Source: Fistulifera solaris
Lineage: Eukaryota
NCBI GenBank assembly: GCA_030295235.1
Contig: AP026135.1
Span: 434,001-498,000, forward strand
Direction of reading: 5' to 3'
DNA length: 64,000 nt
In this document: positions 26,520 through 39,028 of the stretch, in pieces
How the letters are laid out: each line of letters starts with the position of its first letter
Numbering within the stretch: the first letter of the stretch is position 1
The notes under the pieces: model-generated
What the model saw: the letters and a program-made list of their open reading frames with translations, nothing else
What the model was told of the DNA's origin: nothing
Database searches by the model: none
Program-made: the position numbers and the translations under genes

Positions 26520-29191
26520 TCATAGTGCTCCGGCTCCCTTGCTTCTAAAGAAAGCTTGGAGTTCCTCGACGTGTTTTTGGACTGGTTTGGCATCAAAGGA
26601 AGTGGGAGATCGCTTTAGCCATCCCGGAAGACCGTTTTGAATGCGTTGGTCGGTCAAATAGCGGGTATCCAGAAGGAGAATGGAGGCAAAGTCGTTGGCG
26701 TGTCGGATAGCTCGACCGACCGTTTGGTTGACCGCACGTAAACAGAGATTTTGGTAGTAGGTCTGTCCGGTAATGACGGGTGATCCTCCACCGGTCATTT
26801 GAAAGGAATCCATCAGTGACATCTTTTCTTTCAACACGGGGTCGGTGAGATCCGGATACGGAAGTCCCACGACCACGACGCAGCGAGCCATTTCGTTGCT
26901 AAAATTGATACCTTCTGAAAGCTTACCACCAATGACAGAAAAGAGCAACGCTCCTTTGGAAGAAGCAGCATCACGAGAAAAAGCAAGTAACGTCGAGTCC
27001 ACTTGGTTTTGCAGTTTGGGTTCTCGGTGCAAATGTTTCAACTGTTCCAGCTTGTCCCAGACATGGGTCTTTCTCCATCGACTCACCAGCTGCGCCTCAT
27101 ATTGGTAGCTCGAAACAAAGACAACAACGCCATTCGGAACATTTCCAACAATCTTGATCAAAGCTTCGGCCAGTTCATCAATGATGGTCTCTTTTCCTCG
27201 TACCGTATGTCGAAAGTCCAGAGTTGCCCCAGTGGGCCCAGTGCCCCAGCATTGCAACAAGACATTCGAGTCAGGTACCACATGGTCGCACGAAAAGGCC
27301 GTGAACGACGCCGAAACAAATTGTTGAGAGACTGTCTTTGCAGAGCTCATTTCCGTATCCGCCGTATAAGCCTGTCGAAGGATGGATGGGTGATCGGGAC
27401 CTAACAACTCCGATGCTAAATGTGCAAAGGGGCGCATGGTACCACCCACGAGGGCTACGGCATGAGCCTCACGCAAAAGGTCTTGAAAGAAATACGAAGG
27501 TTTCAACAAGACATATCGCAGCGCCGGATGACGTTGCTGAGTGGATTGTCGAGAACCGGATTCGATTACGGTCGACTTGGGCCAATCGGTCACAATCTTT
27601 CCAGAATCACCAGGAAGTGTCAACTTTTCAATAAAAGCTTGCACCAATGACATGGCTGACACGTGTTTGGAGAGCTCCTGAACTTCTGTCTCTTCCTCTG
27701 ACTCACGTTTCGGAAGAAAGCCCATAAGCTTTTGCGAAAGACGAGATCGCTCCATGTAACGAAGTAGCTTGAACAGATTTATATTGGCTAGTTTCCAATC
27801 AAACAAGAGCTCCGCCACGGTCCGCATCGTAGTGTCATCGCTTGTCTTCTTGTTTTCACCCTGCAGATGTTTTTCCAACGCTTGCACAATTTTCCGGAGT
27901 TGCCCCAAGAATTGAATGTTTCGCGCCGAAAACCGGTCCGCGTAGCGTAGCACATAGTTCTGCAGTTGCATATGGGCCGTCTGCACGACAGGAAGCGACA
28001 GTCGACACGAATGCAATCCCCGTAACGCTTCCGGTAAATTGTGCGCTTCGTCAATGAGGACCAACGATTGTTGCAGGGCAAGACCCACGGCCGCGCGAAC
28101 CGACGACGACAATAACAAATTGTACGGCACCGTGACGACTTCGGCCGCCGGTAACGCCACGCGACTGGCGTAATACGCACACGTGTCTACCGTAGCCCCC
28201 ATGTGCGCGGCTTCTTCAATGTCAGTGGGATGTACTAGAGTATGCAAGGCCAGTGTCTCCACAGCATCACGGGACGACAACAGAGGACAGCCACTGGTCG
28301 ATGATCGTTTCGTTTCGGCCGTCGAACCTTTTGTAAATCCAAGCACGCTTCTGTGAGTGCCGCTTCCGGTTTGTGGTTCAGCTGGGTGTTCCCACACAGT
28401 GCTTTCCGACCCCCAAGGCCACGACACGTAACTCGGATCCCCACACCGTACGACGCAATTCATTGACGAATTGCGTCAATTGCGAATGCGTCCGTGCCGC
28501 GTAAATGATTTTCCGAATGCCCGATCCTGCTACTACTTGAGCTACCGCGGGTGTGGCGGCGAAAGAGCCATCGAGGTAGGGGCCATACAACAACGAAGCC
28601 GCTGGCGACAGTGTCATCGTCGGCTCTTTTTTTCAAAAAGGCATCGTCGTTTTCGTCTTCATCTTCCGAACGGTAATCCAATTTGACTTGCTCCGTTGTT
28701 GGCGGAGTACTCGACGTTCGAGGACGCTTCTTCGTGGATTGTTGTTGTTTCGCCCGAATCACGGCCGTCCGTAATTGCTGTTGCAAGGAGGGCCAGGGCC
28801 GCAATTGTTCGAGGTGTTGTCGTAGTTTCGTGCGCGCTGCTTGTGCCATCTGGATGACTTGTTCTTGTTCCTGCTGTCGATCCCGCGTCAATGGCGGAAC
28901 CCATTCATCCAACCAATCAATACCGGTCGTTTCATCATCCTTCGTCGCAGGATGGAGCAAAAGATCTTGTTGTTCCTGATAACGCAACCATGAGACAGCC
29001 GCACACGCTAAACTGAGTGATTTACCCGTTCCAGTGGGACTTTCTAACATGTAAAGGGGAGCCTGTTGTTGGGAAAAGTCGCGCTGTCGCAGGGACTGCA
29101 ACAAAGCATCCATGAGCGCGACTTGTTGCGGATACGCTTCGAAGGGAAAGGCTACCGATGAACCCGTCGGAAATTCGTCTGGGGCGATCAT
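26520..29191 (-). CDS. CHL1: DDX11/CHL1 XPD-family DNA helicase
   Basis: FPFEAYPQQ, ESPTGTGKSLSL, YAARTHSQLTQF, VALG.RK.LC, CAYYASR, IDEAHNL, GGKLSEGINF, VGLPYP, RAVNQTVGRAIRHANDFA. Several frameshifts at 28.3-28.65 kb. Confidence 0.87.
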
Positions 29192-29517
29192 TTGGTTCGT
29201 GTTTATGGGGTCCTTTCTTCTTCTAGAGTAGAGAAAAGTCAGTTTGCATGGAGACCAGTTGTTTTCCGTGTTGTCATTACGGAGTATTTTTTTCTCGTTT
29301 CGTCTTTTTGGGATGAAATAATAAATAATGCACTTGGGCGGTATAAATTTGACTTTCCCAATGTCGTCCGGTACCCGAACGGAATTATTGAAAGAAAAGT
29401 CTAGTTGTAGCTAGTACCGGTACGACCTACAACTCTAAGGCGTTCCCTGTTCATTTGTGGATACAAGACTGAACATTTGTTTCATTTAAATTAGAAGTAT
29501 CAAGATAAACTACATTC

Positions 29518-31223
29518 TCACTCATAAATCGGATCCCATACCCACAAATTCATGAGCCACTGGTTATGTCGATGTGAGAAGCAGAACCAATTTTTCGTAC
29601 AACAAAGCACAACACAACGTACCTTTTCTCCTTCCGTCACGGGCAAGGCGGCATGATGACTGAAATCATCCAAATTGCCATCGGGAAGTTGCGAATAAAA
29701 CAAGACCGCTTTGCCTTTTTCGGGTTTGACATTCAGCGGCAAAAGGTTTCAGCGTTCACCCAACGGGGAAAGGACGTTTCACCACCCACCATGCCTTCGT
29801 TTAAATATAACAACAAAGTGGCGAACCGAGCGCCTTGATAGTCGTCTTCAATACGGGAAAACCCAAAATCGTGGTGGGCTGATTCAAAGAACGTGTCAGG
29901 ACATTTGGACTCAAACCACCACCACCATCATTATCATCATCATCACAACAAAACGTACCGGTATATTCCTGCGCGTGCGCATAATGCACCAATTGCAAAC
30001 TTTCCGCCACCGACTTGCGCGTCGGCAATTCGGGATGTTCATCCGGATTTCGATACCGCATCAACGACTCGTCGATGCGTAATAAATCAGCGGCCCGACG
30101 ATAAATGGCATCGACAATTGGTGATCGTTCGCGTTCGACCCACGAATTGAACGATGTCCGCGTCCGGCGGGTATCTTCCGTCACGACCTTTTCTCCCGCG
30201 TTCACATCACCCGTGGAACTCAATTTGAGATCAATGCCCTGCGCCAATTTGAGAATGTGTTCCACTTCCGGCTCCGATAAGAAATGGGGAATTTCAAACG
30301 CCCGGGGGGCACACGATAACGTTTTCAGGGTCATATTGAAGACGCCGGGTTCGCGATATTCTTTCATTACAGGTTCTGTCAATTGACGATGGTTTCCAGT
30401 AACAGCAATGGGACTCAACAACTCCGGCGGCGGCTCTGTCACAAACCGCGTTTCTTGGGTGGTTACCCAATGTTCTTGTCCGAAATAATCCGCTCTCCAC
30501 ATAAAATGACGCGGCGGTTCTCGCAAGTAATTGGCCAAATACGATCGTCCCGTGAAAGCCAAATACTGTTCATGAAAGTGAATAGTGTCGCGCCAATGTT
30601 GGTATTTGGCGCGTTCCGCGTCATTCAATGATGTTGCTAAATTCTGTTGTGTTTGTGTTGCGTCGCCTTTGACAAAATACGGATCGTACAATTGAATATT
30701 GTCGGGATACTCTTGAACGACGAATGTATGAATCACTTCATCGGGATTGTTGGGAGGCGTGAAAACAAATTTGTGACCAGGAAAGGACGCTGTCCCCGAA
30801 GCCGTAAACGGAGCATGTTCGCGCATCAAATGTTTCTTGCCACCCGGTTCGACCCTTTTTCGCACAAAAAGAGAGTGAGTGAGGTCATCCTATTTGTCAT
30901 TGTCACAAAGCAACAAGTTTTTCTACCGAACGAAGAACGTACCAATAGAGCGCCAAACGACGATTGCTCGCATTGATGAACTTGGCAGAAAAGCCTCGGT
31001 GTTTCGGAGCAACTTTGGTCGACGCGGGAGGCTGGCCTTGATAAAAGGAAGCAATGTCCGGTTCGACATAGACATAGGTCGATTGTTCTCCTTCACCAAT
31101 GTTGTAAATCATTTCCCGTAAGGCCGGATCGTGTTCTTCCGTTGCGGAACATACCGGCGCTTCGGCTCTCGAAACGGAGATGAGAAGAAACGGTGCAACG
31201 AACCAAGTCAATAAGGTCTTCAT
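29518..31223 (-). CDS. Secreted prolyl 4-hydroxylase alpha-like protein (paralog B) with N-terminal VHL-beta-like domain
   Basis: Signal peptide; LSCAPRAFEIPHFLS, ESLQLVHY, AHHDF, RFATLLLYLN, GGETSFP, HHAALPVTEGEK|WLMNLW. Introns ~30942-30855, ~29959-29879 and ~29622-29560; frameshift ~29740. Confidence 0.87.
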
Positions 31224-31594
31224 GGTCAGTCATTATAACTGTATTTGCGTTTTTCCAGCGAACGAAAACGTCCGCTTTTGTTTTTGTTTGTCATCGTCGG
31301 GCTTCGGATTACGTTTCTGTCCTTTCGGTTTTCATGTTTAAGGAAATGGCTAAGTCCAAAAATTGAGAAGATTGCTTACTTATCCAAAAATCACCCCCTA
31401 TATGCTATGCGACATTCACCCCCTGCATTTCACCGGACAAGAAATAATAATAATACTCCGTACCAGTAATAAGTAATAAGTACTACAATAAAAGGACCGC
31501 AAAAAATAAAAAAAAACGAAAAAAAACACTAAGAATCACGCAACATATTCAATGAAAACAAAAGGAATGTTCCCAAACAACAACAACAATATCC

Positions 31595-32899
31595 ATGGGT
31601 CGCTTTGCGTTAAATGACGACAACGACGACTGCTGTTGGGAATTTGTAGCAAATTCGGGCGAAGAAGGAGCTTTGGTGGTGAAAGAAACGACACGGAGTG
31701 ATGAAAAACCACACAAGAAGAAGACTGTAGACGACCCATCCGATTCTTTTGCCGTGATTGTCCCTCATTCTCCACCCAAAACAATTTTCAGCCAATTGAG
31801 AAAAGTCTCTTTATTTGTTATTCTCTTGAGTTATTTGTTGCAACGCTATCTACCACCGGCTCCTCCGTTGAGTGAGACGACATCATTATCCACGACTTGG
31901 ACGGAATTTTTGGCCCATCATTTCTTTCAACTCGGGCAATCCCTGACCGTGTTGACGGTGCAAATTCCATTGCATGTTTCACAGTGGATCGTTTCTACAA
32001 TAACAATGGATTTACAGCTCGCGTACGAACGATATCACGAATCGCAGTGTCGTTTTCGTCCCTTGACTCGGTTATTGCCCGTCGCCGGACAACCGCTCGC
32101 GGTGCAAATGGTCATGGATACCATCGAAACATGGTCGCACACGAAACCGCTTTTTGTGTTGTTGACAGGATTTCCGCACACCGGTCAAACGACCCTGGTG
32201 CAGGCCATTGTAGAAGAATTGTGGAGTGATTGTGTCGATGGCGAACAACGCCTTTTTCTCGCAACAAACTGGAACCAACAATGGTCCCAGATGACCCATC
32301 ACGCCCAAGTGTATCCATCGGGTGCAATGATTTTTATCCCCCAGGTACAAGTAGAAGATACCACTGACCTGTTACTTTTGCTCCGGGCGGACGACGCGTG
32401 GACGTCCCATACTCTGGTCCTGGTGGGGAGTCACACGATCGGTCGATCAGCGATTGCCCGGGCGTTGCGACAAGATCAATTTCATTACAACAATACAGTA
32501 TTGTGGAACGAATTATTAAGGCGTCAGGGCAATTGGGATGCGGTGATTCCCTTTCAACCCTTGACGCGGGATACGCTGCGAGACGTTGTGTCGTTGAAGA
32601 TATCGCGACTGGCGGATCATCCTGTCATGTTGACGGATCGTTTCTTGAATGTATGGTTGGATCAGGCCGAATATTTGGAATGGAAACGTCGTGATACACC
32701 AGACGACGAAGCGGTGCCGTTCCTGACGGTGGCCTTGCAGGGTGCCCAAATGTTGGACGACAGTCCGTTGTGGAAACGATTTCTCGCGGGCTGGAAGCGA
32801 TGCTCGAAAGAAACTGTGTATCAGATGGATTATTGGGACGGTGATATTGTGTTGCAATCGGATGAGGGTCAACCTGGTTGTTCCTTTCCTCTGTTGTGA
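31595..32899 (+). CDS. Membrane-anchored torsin-like AAA+ protein with degenerate Walker A
   Basis: Intact 434-aa ORF; hydrophobic VSLFVILLSYLL; VAGQPLAV...KPLFVLLTGFPHTGQTT and DAVIPFQPLTR resemble torsin/ClpB-D2 signatures. Confidence 0.6.
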   Translation: MGRFALNDDNDDCCWEFVANSGEEGALVVKETTRSDEKPHKKKTVDDPSDSFAVIVPHSPPKTIFSQLRKVSLFVILLSYLLQRYLPPAPPLSETTSLSTTWTEFLAHHFFQLGQSLTVLTVQIPLHVSQWIVSTITMDLQLAYERYHESQCRFRPLTRLLPVAGQPLAVQMVMDTIETWSHTKPLFVLLTGFPHTGQTTLVQAIVEELWSDCVDGEQRLFLATNWNQQWSQMTHHAQVYPSGAMIFIPQVQVEDTTDLLLLLRADDAWTSHTLVLVGSHTIGRSAIARALRQDQFHYNNTVLWNELLRRQGNWDAVIPFQPLTRDTLRDVVSLKISRLADHPVMLTDRFLNVWLDQAEYLEWKRRDTPDDEAVPFLTVALQGAQMLDDSPLWKRFLAGWKRCSKETVYQMDYWDGDIVLQSDEGQPGCSFPLL

Positions 32900-33145
32900 C
32901 ACTATAGCCATACCTGGTACCGGTAGCTCGCAAGAACGTTGTTGATACAGCTCGATGAGAGGGAAACATGATTATGTCTCAACGCGACACGTCAACGTCA
33001 GCTAGCGCCGAGTCAGATTGCAAAAAAACCTCTCTTTACTACTCCGTAGACTATTTCATTATTTCACATCCTTTCATTCTTCTCCTTGTCGAGTCAAAGA
33101 ACATTACTATTTCCTTCCTCCCCATTACATCCGTTCAGACTAATA

Positions 33146-33886
33146 ATGGTCTCATTAACACCCATCGAACGCAGTCAAGAAGTCGCCACCGACGCTACCC
33201 ACGAAGGACTATTCAATGGCTTCTTCACACTCGTACCGTCGACGGCCGCCGTTTATTGGGCCAGTCAAACGATTCCGGCCTTTCGAGCTCGTACCAACTT
33301 ACAATCCCGGACGGCCATGGCCATTATGCCCGCCTTGTTCGTATTTGCGTTAACGTCGGAACACAAATTAACGCACCGCATGAAACAAGTCGCGTACGAA
33401 TCACAACACTCACGTGAAACGGTGCAATGGGCCGAACAACAAATCAAGTCACAACCAACAACAACAACAACTGTCAGTGTCACAGAATTGTACGAACGCT
33501 CCATTGCGGAATCGGGCGTTTGTATTGTTCCAACCTTGCGATGGCATCATCGTGTCTTGAATTATGCCAACGAACATCCCATCCAAGTCTTATCCAGTGT
33601 GGCGTTACCGACCATTGGATACATCTTTTATGGGCGTTCTGGAAAAGAACACTTGGCATTGAGTAGTAAAATCATGCATACCCGAGTCTTTGGACAATTC
33701 GCCACGTTAGTGCTGTTGCTATCGGTCATGGGTTTAAAAGAATTCATGGATCGGAATGGGAAATTCATTACGGAACAAGAAGCACAAGAACGCGTCCAAG
33801 ACATGCACCGGATTCGGGCCGAATTGTTGCAGCATTTGCAAGAAAAGAAAGAAACAAAATCTTCCGCCGATGCAATAGAAGAATAG
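33146..33886 (+). CDS. HIG1-domain mitochondrial protein (Rcf2-like respiratory supercomplex factor)
   Basis: C-terminal EHPIQVL...SSKIMHTRVFGQFATLVLLL HIG1 signature; two further N-terminal TM segments. Confidence 0.75.
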   Translation: MVSLTPIERSQEVATDATHEGLFNGFFTLVPSTAAVYWASQTIPAFRARTNLQSRTAMAIMPALFVFALTSEHKLTHRMKQVAYESQHSRETVQWAEQQIKSQPTTTTTVSVTELYERSIAESGVCIVPTLRWHHRVLNYANEHPIQVLSSVALPTIGYIFYGRSGKEHLALSSKIMHTRVFGQFATLVLLLSVMGLKEFMDRNGKFITEQEAQERVQDMHRIRAELLQHLQEKKETKSSADAIEE

Positions 33887-33935
33887 AATGTCATTGGTAA
33901 CAAAAAAGTAAACGTTTTTTTAACAACTACTACAC

Positions 33936-35298
33936 TTATTGATTTTGGAAATACGCCGCAAAACGACGATGCGCTTCTTGTAACGTTTCGGCATTTTTGC
34001 AATAGGCAAATCGCAACAAATTTTGGGCCAACGGTACATTCTCGGGACTGTAAAATGCCGATGGTGGAATCGCCGTGACACCGACCGTTTGCGTCATCCA
34101 TCGACTGAGGGCCCAATCGCGGGGCATGGGCGTGACCGGCATGGCGGGAGTTTTTTCCATCGAAGGATACGGAAACTCAATCGCCGATGTATCGGCCATG
34201 ATGAAAAAAGCCACCCGCGGGGACAATCGGTGTCATACCGGCCGCTTGCAAAGCTTCTACTAACAATTGTTGTTTTTGATGATAATCGTCGGCCAAATAA
34301 TCATATTAGGACGGCAAGCCCTGATACGGTTGTCGGGCTTGCACTAGTGCTTGCGCAATGGCATCTTGATTGACGGTCGGTGCCGAAAAGGTCACCCATT
34401 GTTGGACGGCGGTCACAGCTTGGACCAAATGGGGTGGTCCAACAGCCCAACCGACTTTCCATCCAGTACAACTGAAGGTTTTGCCGGCCGAACTGAGCGT
34501 CAAGGTTTGATCCCATAACAGGGATGCCATAGGAACGTGGGGTTCTTTGGTTTTATCAAAGACCAAGTATTCGTAAACTTCATCCGCTATGACTGTGATC
34601 CGAGGATGTTTTCGTACAATTTCGGCAATTCCTTCCAACTCTGTTTGCGAAAAGATTTTGCCCGTCGGATTGTGCGGTGTATTCAAAATAAAGGCTTTCG
34701 TCTGCGGCGTAATCGCTCGTTCGAATTCCTCCAAATCGAGTTGGAAGTAATCACTGGCACCGGAGGCGTCCGACGAAGGCCGCAAGGGCACATAGACGGC
34801 TTTCCCACCAGCCATTTGAACTTGACTGCTATAAATATCAAACGCCGGTTCCAATAAAATCACTTCATCTCTGGCTTGAATCAATCCCATCAAGGCACAA
34901 TACAAGGCGTGCGTACATCCGACGGCGGTTGCGATGTGTGTTTCCGCAACTATATCGGTTCTTTGTAATTTGGAATTGTAATCGTCGGCCAAAACGTGGG
35001 CGAGGGGCATATGCGCGGCACTCCGGGCGTATTGATTCGCGTTTCTTTGATAGACGGCGGCGTGCATCGCGTTTTGGACAAAAGCTGGTGGATCTTCCTC
35101 GGGATACCCTTGTCCTAAATTGATGGCTTGATGTTGTGCCGCCAAGGGGGAAAATTCGTGCCAAACGGTCGGACGATCCAAACCTTGCAAACGATCAGCC
35201 AACACGAGCGATGAAAACAAACGACAACCACGACGACTCCTCGTCTGGTGTATCGTGCTACGACTACTCAAAGCCAAGACCGCTTTTCGTAAATTCAT
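33936..35298 (-). CDS. Kynurenine aminotransferase / glutamine transaminase (class I PLP aminotransferase), probable mitochondrial presequence
   Basis: AINLGQGYP, NQYARSAA, ILNTPHNPTGK, DEVYE, SAGKTFSCTGWKVGW, VTAIPPSAFY...LRFAYCK. Frameshifts at ~34.2-34.3 kb. Confidence 0.88.
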
Positions 35299-35343
35299 TG
35301 GTGTAATAATAACAAGAAGTAATGAAAATAATAATAAAAGAGA

Positions 35344-35382
35344 GAATGAATGAATGAATGAATGAATGAATGAATGAATGAA
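35344..35382 (+). repeat. (GAAT)9 microsatellite upstream of the aminotransferase gene
   Basis: Seen directly. Confidence 0.95.
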
Positions 35383-35648
35383 AAAACGAAACGAGATTGT
35401 TTTGCGATGCAACATGGACACATGGATTGGAACAAAAATGACAGCACCGACGCAGTACAGTATCACGTATAGTAGAATCAGTTCGATGCATCGTTCAGTT
35501 TACCATTATTTCACTCTCTACTGGTACAGTACTTGTACTGTGCCCGACGACGACCTCCTTCGTCCCCCTCACAACATCGTCACAACGTGTACGAAACCCA
35601 AAAAACAACATTATCTATCTTTAGACTCTTATAGTGCCATTAAAAGAC

Positions 35649-36832
35649 TCAAGGCCAAAAATGAGCCGCCACACCGACGTGACGTAACGTATGAAAGAGT
35701 TGCAAGCTCTCTTCGATCGTCCCTTGCATCGAAGATTTCCAATCGGGCGCAATCTCTTCCATGTGCACATGATGTTCGAAATAAAAATGATCAATCTTGT
35801 CCGAAAAGTTTGTGGCAATCTGGTTGGCGAGAGGCAATTCCACGGACGGTGTATCGACATCCAATTTGACCACAATCAAATCATCTTCATTGAATCGACT
35901 GAGAATCCAGTGGAGGGGATTGAATTTGTCACCAGGTTCCGGATTGACGGCAACATTGTTCCAATGATACGACGCCATCAAATGCTCTGGCACTTTCGCA
36001 AAGACATCGATTGGATCTTTCAAACTGATTTCGAATGCATAAATGTGATCAAAGAAAAACCCAAATTGGTGATACAGATCCACAATGTACATGGCGGGAC
36101 TTTCGGTGCCGGCATGAAAATCCAACGACGCGCCCATATCAACAAAAACAGTTCGGGTATGATTCTTTAATTGCCGACACAGGGTGGGGAAATCGTGGAC
36201 CATATAGTTCATATTGAGTTTGTAAGTGTCGTGATCAAAACAAAAGAAGGATGCCGCATCGGTGTCAACAAGGGTTCGACGTAACCCGCTCTCGTGTACG
36301 ACAATTGTTGACTGGGGAAGATGGCCGGTAAGCCATCAGGATGCAATTCGAGACTTGCACAGACCTGCTCTTGCGGCACCGTTTGCATTTGCAGACGAAG
36401 ATCTGGAACGGGAGGAAAGTCTGCTATGCGTTGCGAATAATCGCGCAACTCGTGAAGAAATTGTTGTAATTCCTCATAGTAGGGTGTGGAAGTGGGATCT
36501 TTCCAAATGGCGCATCCGGAAGGATTCGAAGGCCGATTCCACCACCACGTTCCAGATTCGGTGGTGGGTGTATTGTAGAACAGCTCAGCGACGTGATTGA
36601 GGACGTATTTCTCGACAATGGCGGGAACGTAGTCGCTGTACGGCTCGCGCTTGTTGATATTGTCGCCGTAGGAAGAATTGTGATACGTCAATTTCTTGCC
36701 ATTGTTATTTTGTCGTAAAGAAGGTGTCGATGAATGAGAGCATCCGAGAAGAGCAGTTTGTGCTTCCAAGTAAAGGCTGACGAGGTCGAATGCTATCACA
36801 ATAGGAAATGCATACTTTATTAACTGATGCAT
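35649..36832 (-). CDS. Type II membrane FkbM-like SAM methyltransferase-fold protein
   Basis: N-terminal anchor; GYVEPL..PMRHP, VFVDMGAS, FDHIYAFE, IVVKLDVDTPSVE, IDHFYFEHH. Frameshift ~36245. Start codon uncertain. Confidence 0.6.
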
Positions 36833-37471
36833 GATGAAGTCCGTCAATCAGTTTCCTATTGACAGTCAATGAAAGGAGAGCCATGGAATTACTGTCTTGT
36901 AAAAAGGCAAAGCCGTGGTTGGATTGGCGCATCGATGAAGCCGGAACGCTGCCGAGCGTCGGCCACGTCACGAAACGTGTCAATGCCGAAGTACGAAACA
37001 AGAAAATCGACCGAAGAATTTGCTCCCGTCATACTAGAGTGTAAAAAACAGAACGCGTGACAGGACTGCAGGATTGGAGGCTTTATACTGAGATCTAATA
37101 TTATATCGTTGGAAAACCGTATATAGACGTTATATTTCCTTAAGTGACTTCACTTTTGGTTGGGGTCGTCCTTCGGACTTCGGACGCGTGTTTTTACGTT
37201 CTGTCGGTAGCGATGCGACTTGAACCGTTGAGTGCCGCTCACGCGAGCGACATCAAGCGGAGCGTTTGATTTCTTCACAACGAAAGAATGTGTTCCATGC
37301 CATTGCAACACAATCCAAATCATTCTAATCGACGATTGAAACAGATCAAGGACTCGAATTGGGCACACCTGTAACAGACGTGTTGGTTTGCAACGAAGCA
37401 GTGGCCCTCGTTCGGGGAAAGTAGAATTTTCGATATTCGATTCGTTCTGCGAGCTCCAGAATCGATAAAGA

Positions 37472-38704
37472 ATGAACAACAATCACCACAAAAATGAAAG
37501 GCAAGAACCTCCTCAACCTCGTGGTCATCGTCGAGTGCGTCCGTCACTTCCTCCCTCAGTCGTTTCTCTGCCGGGAAGGATCTCGCAACCGTCAGATAGT
37601 CAGGCTATTGTGTATCCGTATTCACAACAATCTCCCGAATCTAAACGGTCGGCCTCCAATAATCAATCTACAATGCAACAAGCGGCCAGTCCGTGGCCAA
37701 CAGAATCGCATTCTAAGCCGTTCGACTATTCACGTCAGCCTCCATCGTCAGTAGTGCCGAATCTGGAGCGAATACATCCGCTCAAAAAGGTCGACCCGAC
37801 CGTCGCACGACAGAATTTATCCATTGACACATCTTACGTGGAAGGAGATGAGTTCACTGCGCTACTTCATGGTATGCAGGATGAAAGCTACGGTGCCGTT
37901 GAATCGGGTAGTAGACGAAAATCGGACATGCCACAAACGAGTGAGTTGGTCAAGAAAGCAACGAGTCTTGCTGGGGAATCAAAACGACCACCGAAACGAC
38001 CCATGATGGCCGTTCCAACAACTCCCGACGTCTCACCTCGACGCAGCCATCGCCGTCACAATTCGGACAATTCACGAACTGCCTATCTCCCGGTGCGAGC
38101 TCGGTCGCTCACCAATTATGAAGGTTCTTCCTTGCGACCACTTCCACGGACACTTTCTTCTTCCTCGTTGAATAATCCTCCCGCGTCCCGCCATCATCGT
38201 CGTCGATCCTCCAATTCGGTATTTTCCTCGGTTGGGTCGGTTATGACGGACGCCAGCATGATGACACTGGTCACGGATATTGAGAAATCCTCGCTGTTTG
38301 CGGGATACGACAGGTTCACTGGTCAAGCGCTGTTCAAATTACCCATCAGCTCGGTGCAAATTTCCGTGGAGGAACATCCGAATGGTGAATTCTATCAAGT
38401 ACGAGAAAACGATCAAACCTTTGAGAACTATCATCACCAGGGAGAAGACTTGGTTGACGCGCGAATCAACCATAGTTCGGGACCTCGCTATGCGTTGCCT
38501 CCGACCCGTTACGTCATTCATGCTCCTCCCGATCTCTATCGGCGCATGGTGGATGAAGTATGTCGCAGTTCCAGTTTACCCTGTGGAATTTTCTTTTGTG
38601 GTCACCATGAAGATGTTGCCAAGCCGAGCTTGATGATCGCCGTTCTTGTGCTCCTAATCGTCTTCGGCTGGATGGGACTGGTGGCTTATATTTATCGCGG
38701 CTAA
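37472..38704 (+). CDS. Uncharacterised tail-anchored protein with disordered Ser/Arg-rich N-terminus
   Basis: Intact 410-aa ORF; C-terminal PCGIFFCGHHED followed by a TM helix. Confidence 0.75.
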   Translation: MNNNHHKNERQEPPQPRGHRRVRPSLPPSVVSLPGRISQPSDSQAIVYPYSQQSPESKRSASNNQSTMQQAASPWPTESHSKPFDYSRQPPSSVVPNLERIHPLKKVDPTVARQNLSIDTSYVEGDEFTALLHGMQDESYGAVESGSRRKSDMPQTSELVKKATSLAGESKRPPKRPMMAVPTTPDVSPRRSHRRHNSDNSRTAYLPVRARSLTNYEGSSLRPLPRTLSSSSLNNPPASRHHRRRSSNSVFSSVGSVMTDASMMTLVTDIEKSSLFAGYDRFTGQALFKLPISSVQISVEEHPNGEFYQVRENDQTFENYHHQGEDLVDARINHSSGPRYALPPTRYVIHAPPDLYRRMVDEVCRSSSLPCGIFFCGHHEDVAKPSLMIAVLVLLIVFGWMGLVAYIYRG

Positions 38705-39028
38705 CGGCAGTTGGCGCTTTGTATTATTACCAGTGAACTTGTAATTGCTGCGCTATTGTATCGACTATCGACTCGTGCTTTGTCGAAATCTAAAATCTGT
38801 ACCATTGTGAACGAGAAGACCAGATTTACTGTAAAACCAATTTTGATGTATAAAAAGAATCCTAAAGATATACAATAAGTCGTTCTATATCATTCTTAAG
38901 CGACCCCCTATTATCCCAGGGGAAGTTCGTACACGATTCTCAAATCATTTTTCCTGAAACGAAAATGACTAAAGCCGGTAAATCACAAACTAGCCTCACG
39001 TCATTTCCGTTCCCTAATCCCTTTACTT

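Noticed and set aside
36850..37470. Short overlapping ORFs between the methyltransferase-like gene and the 37472 gene
   Set aside because: No recognisable motifs; likely divergent promoter and UTR sequence.
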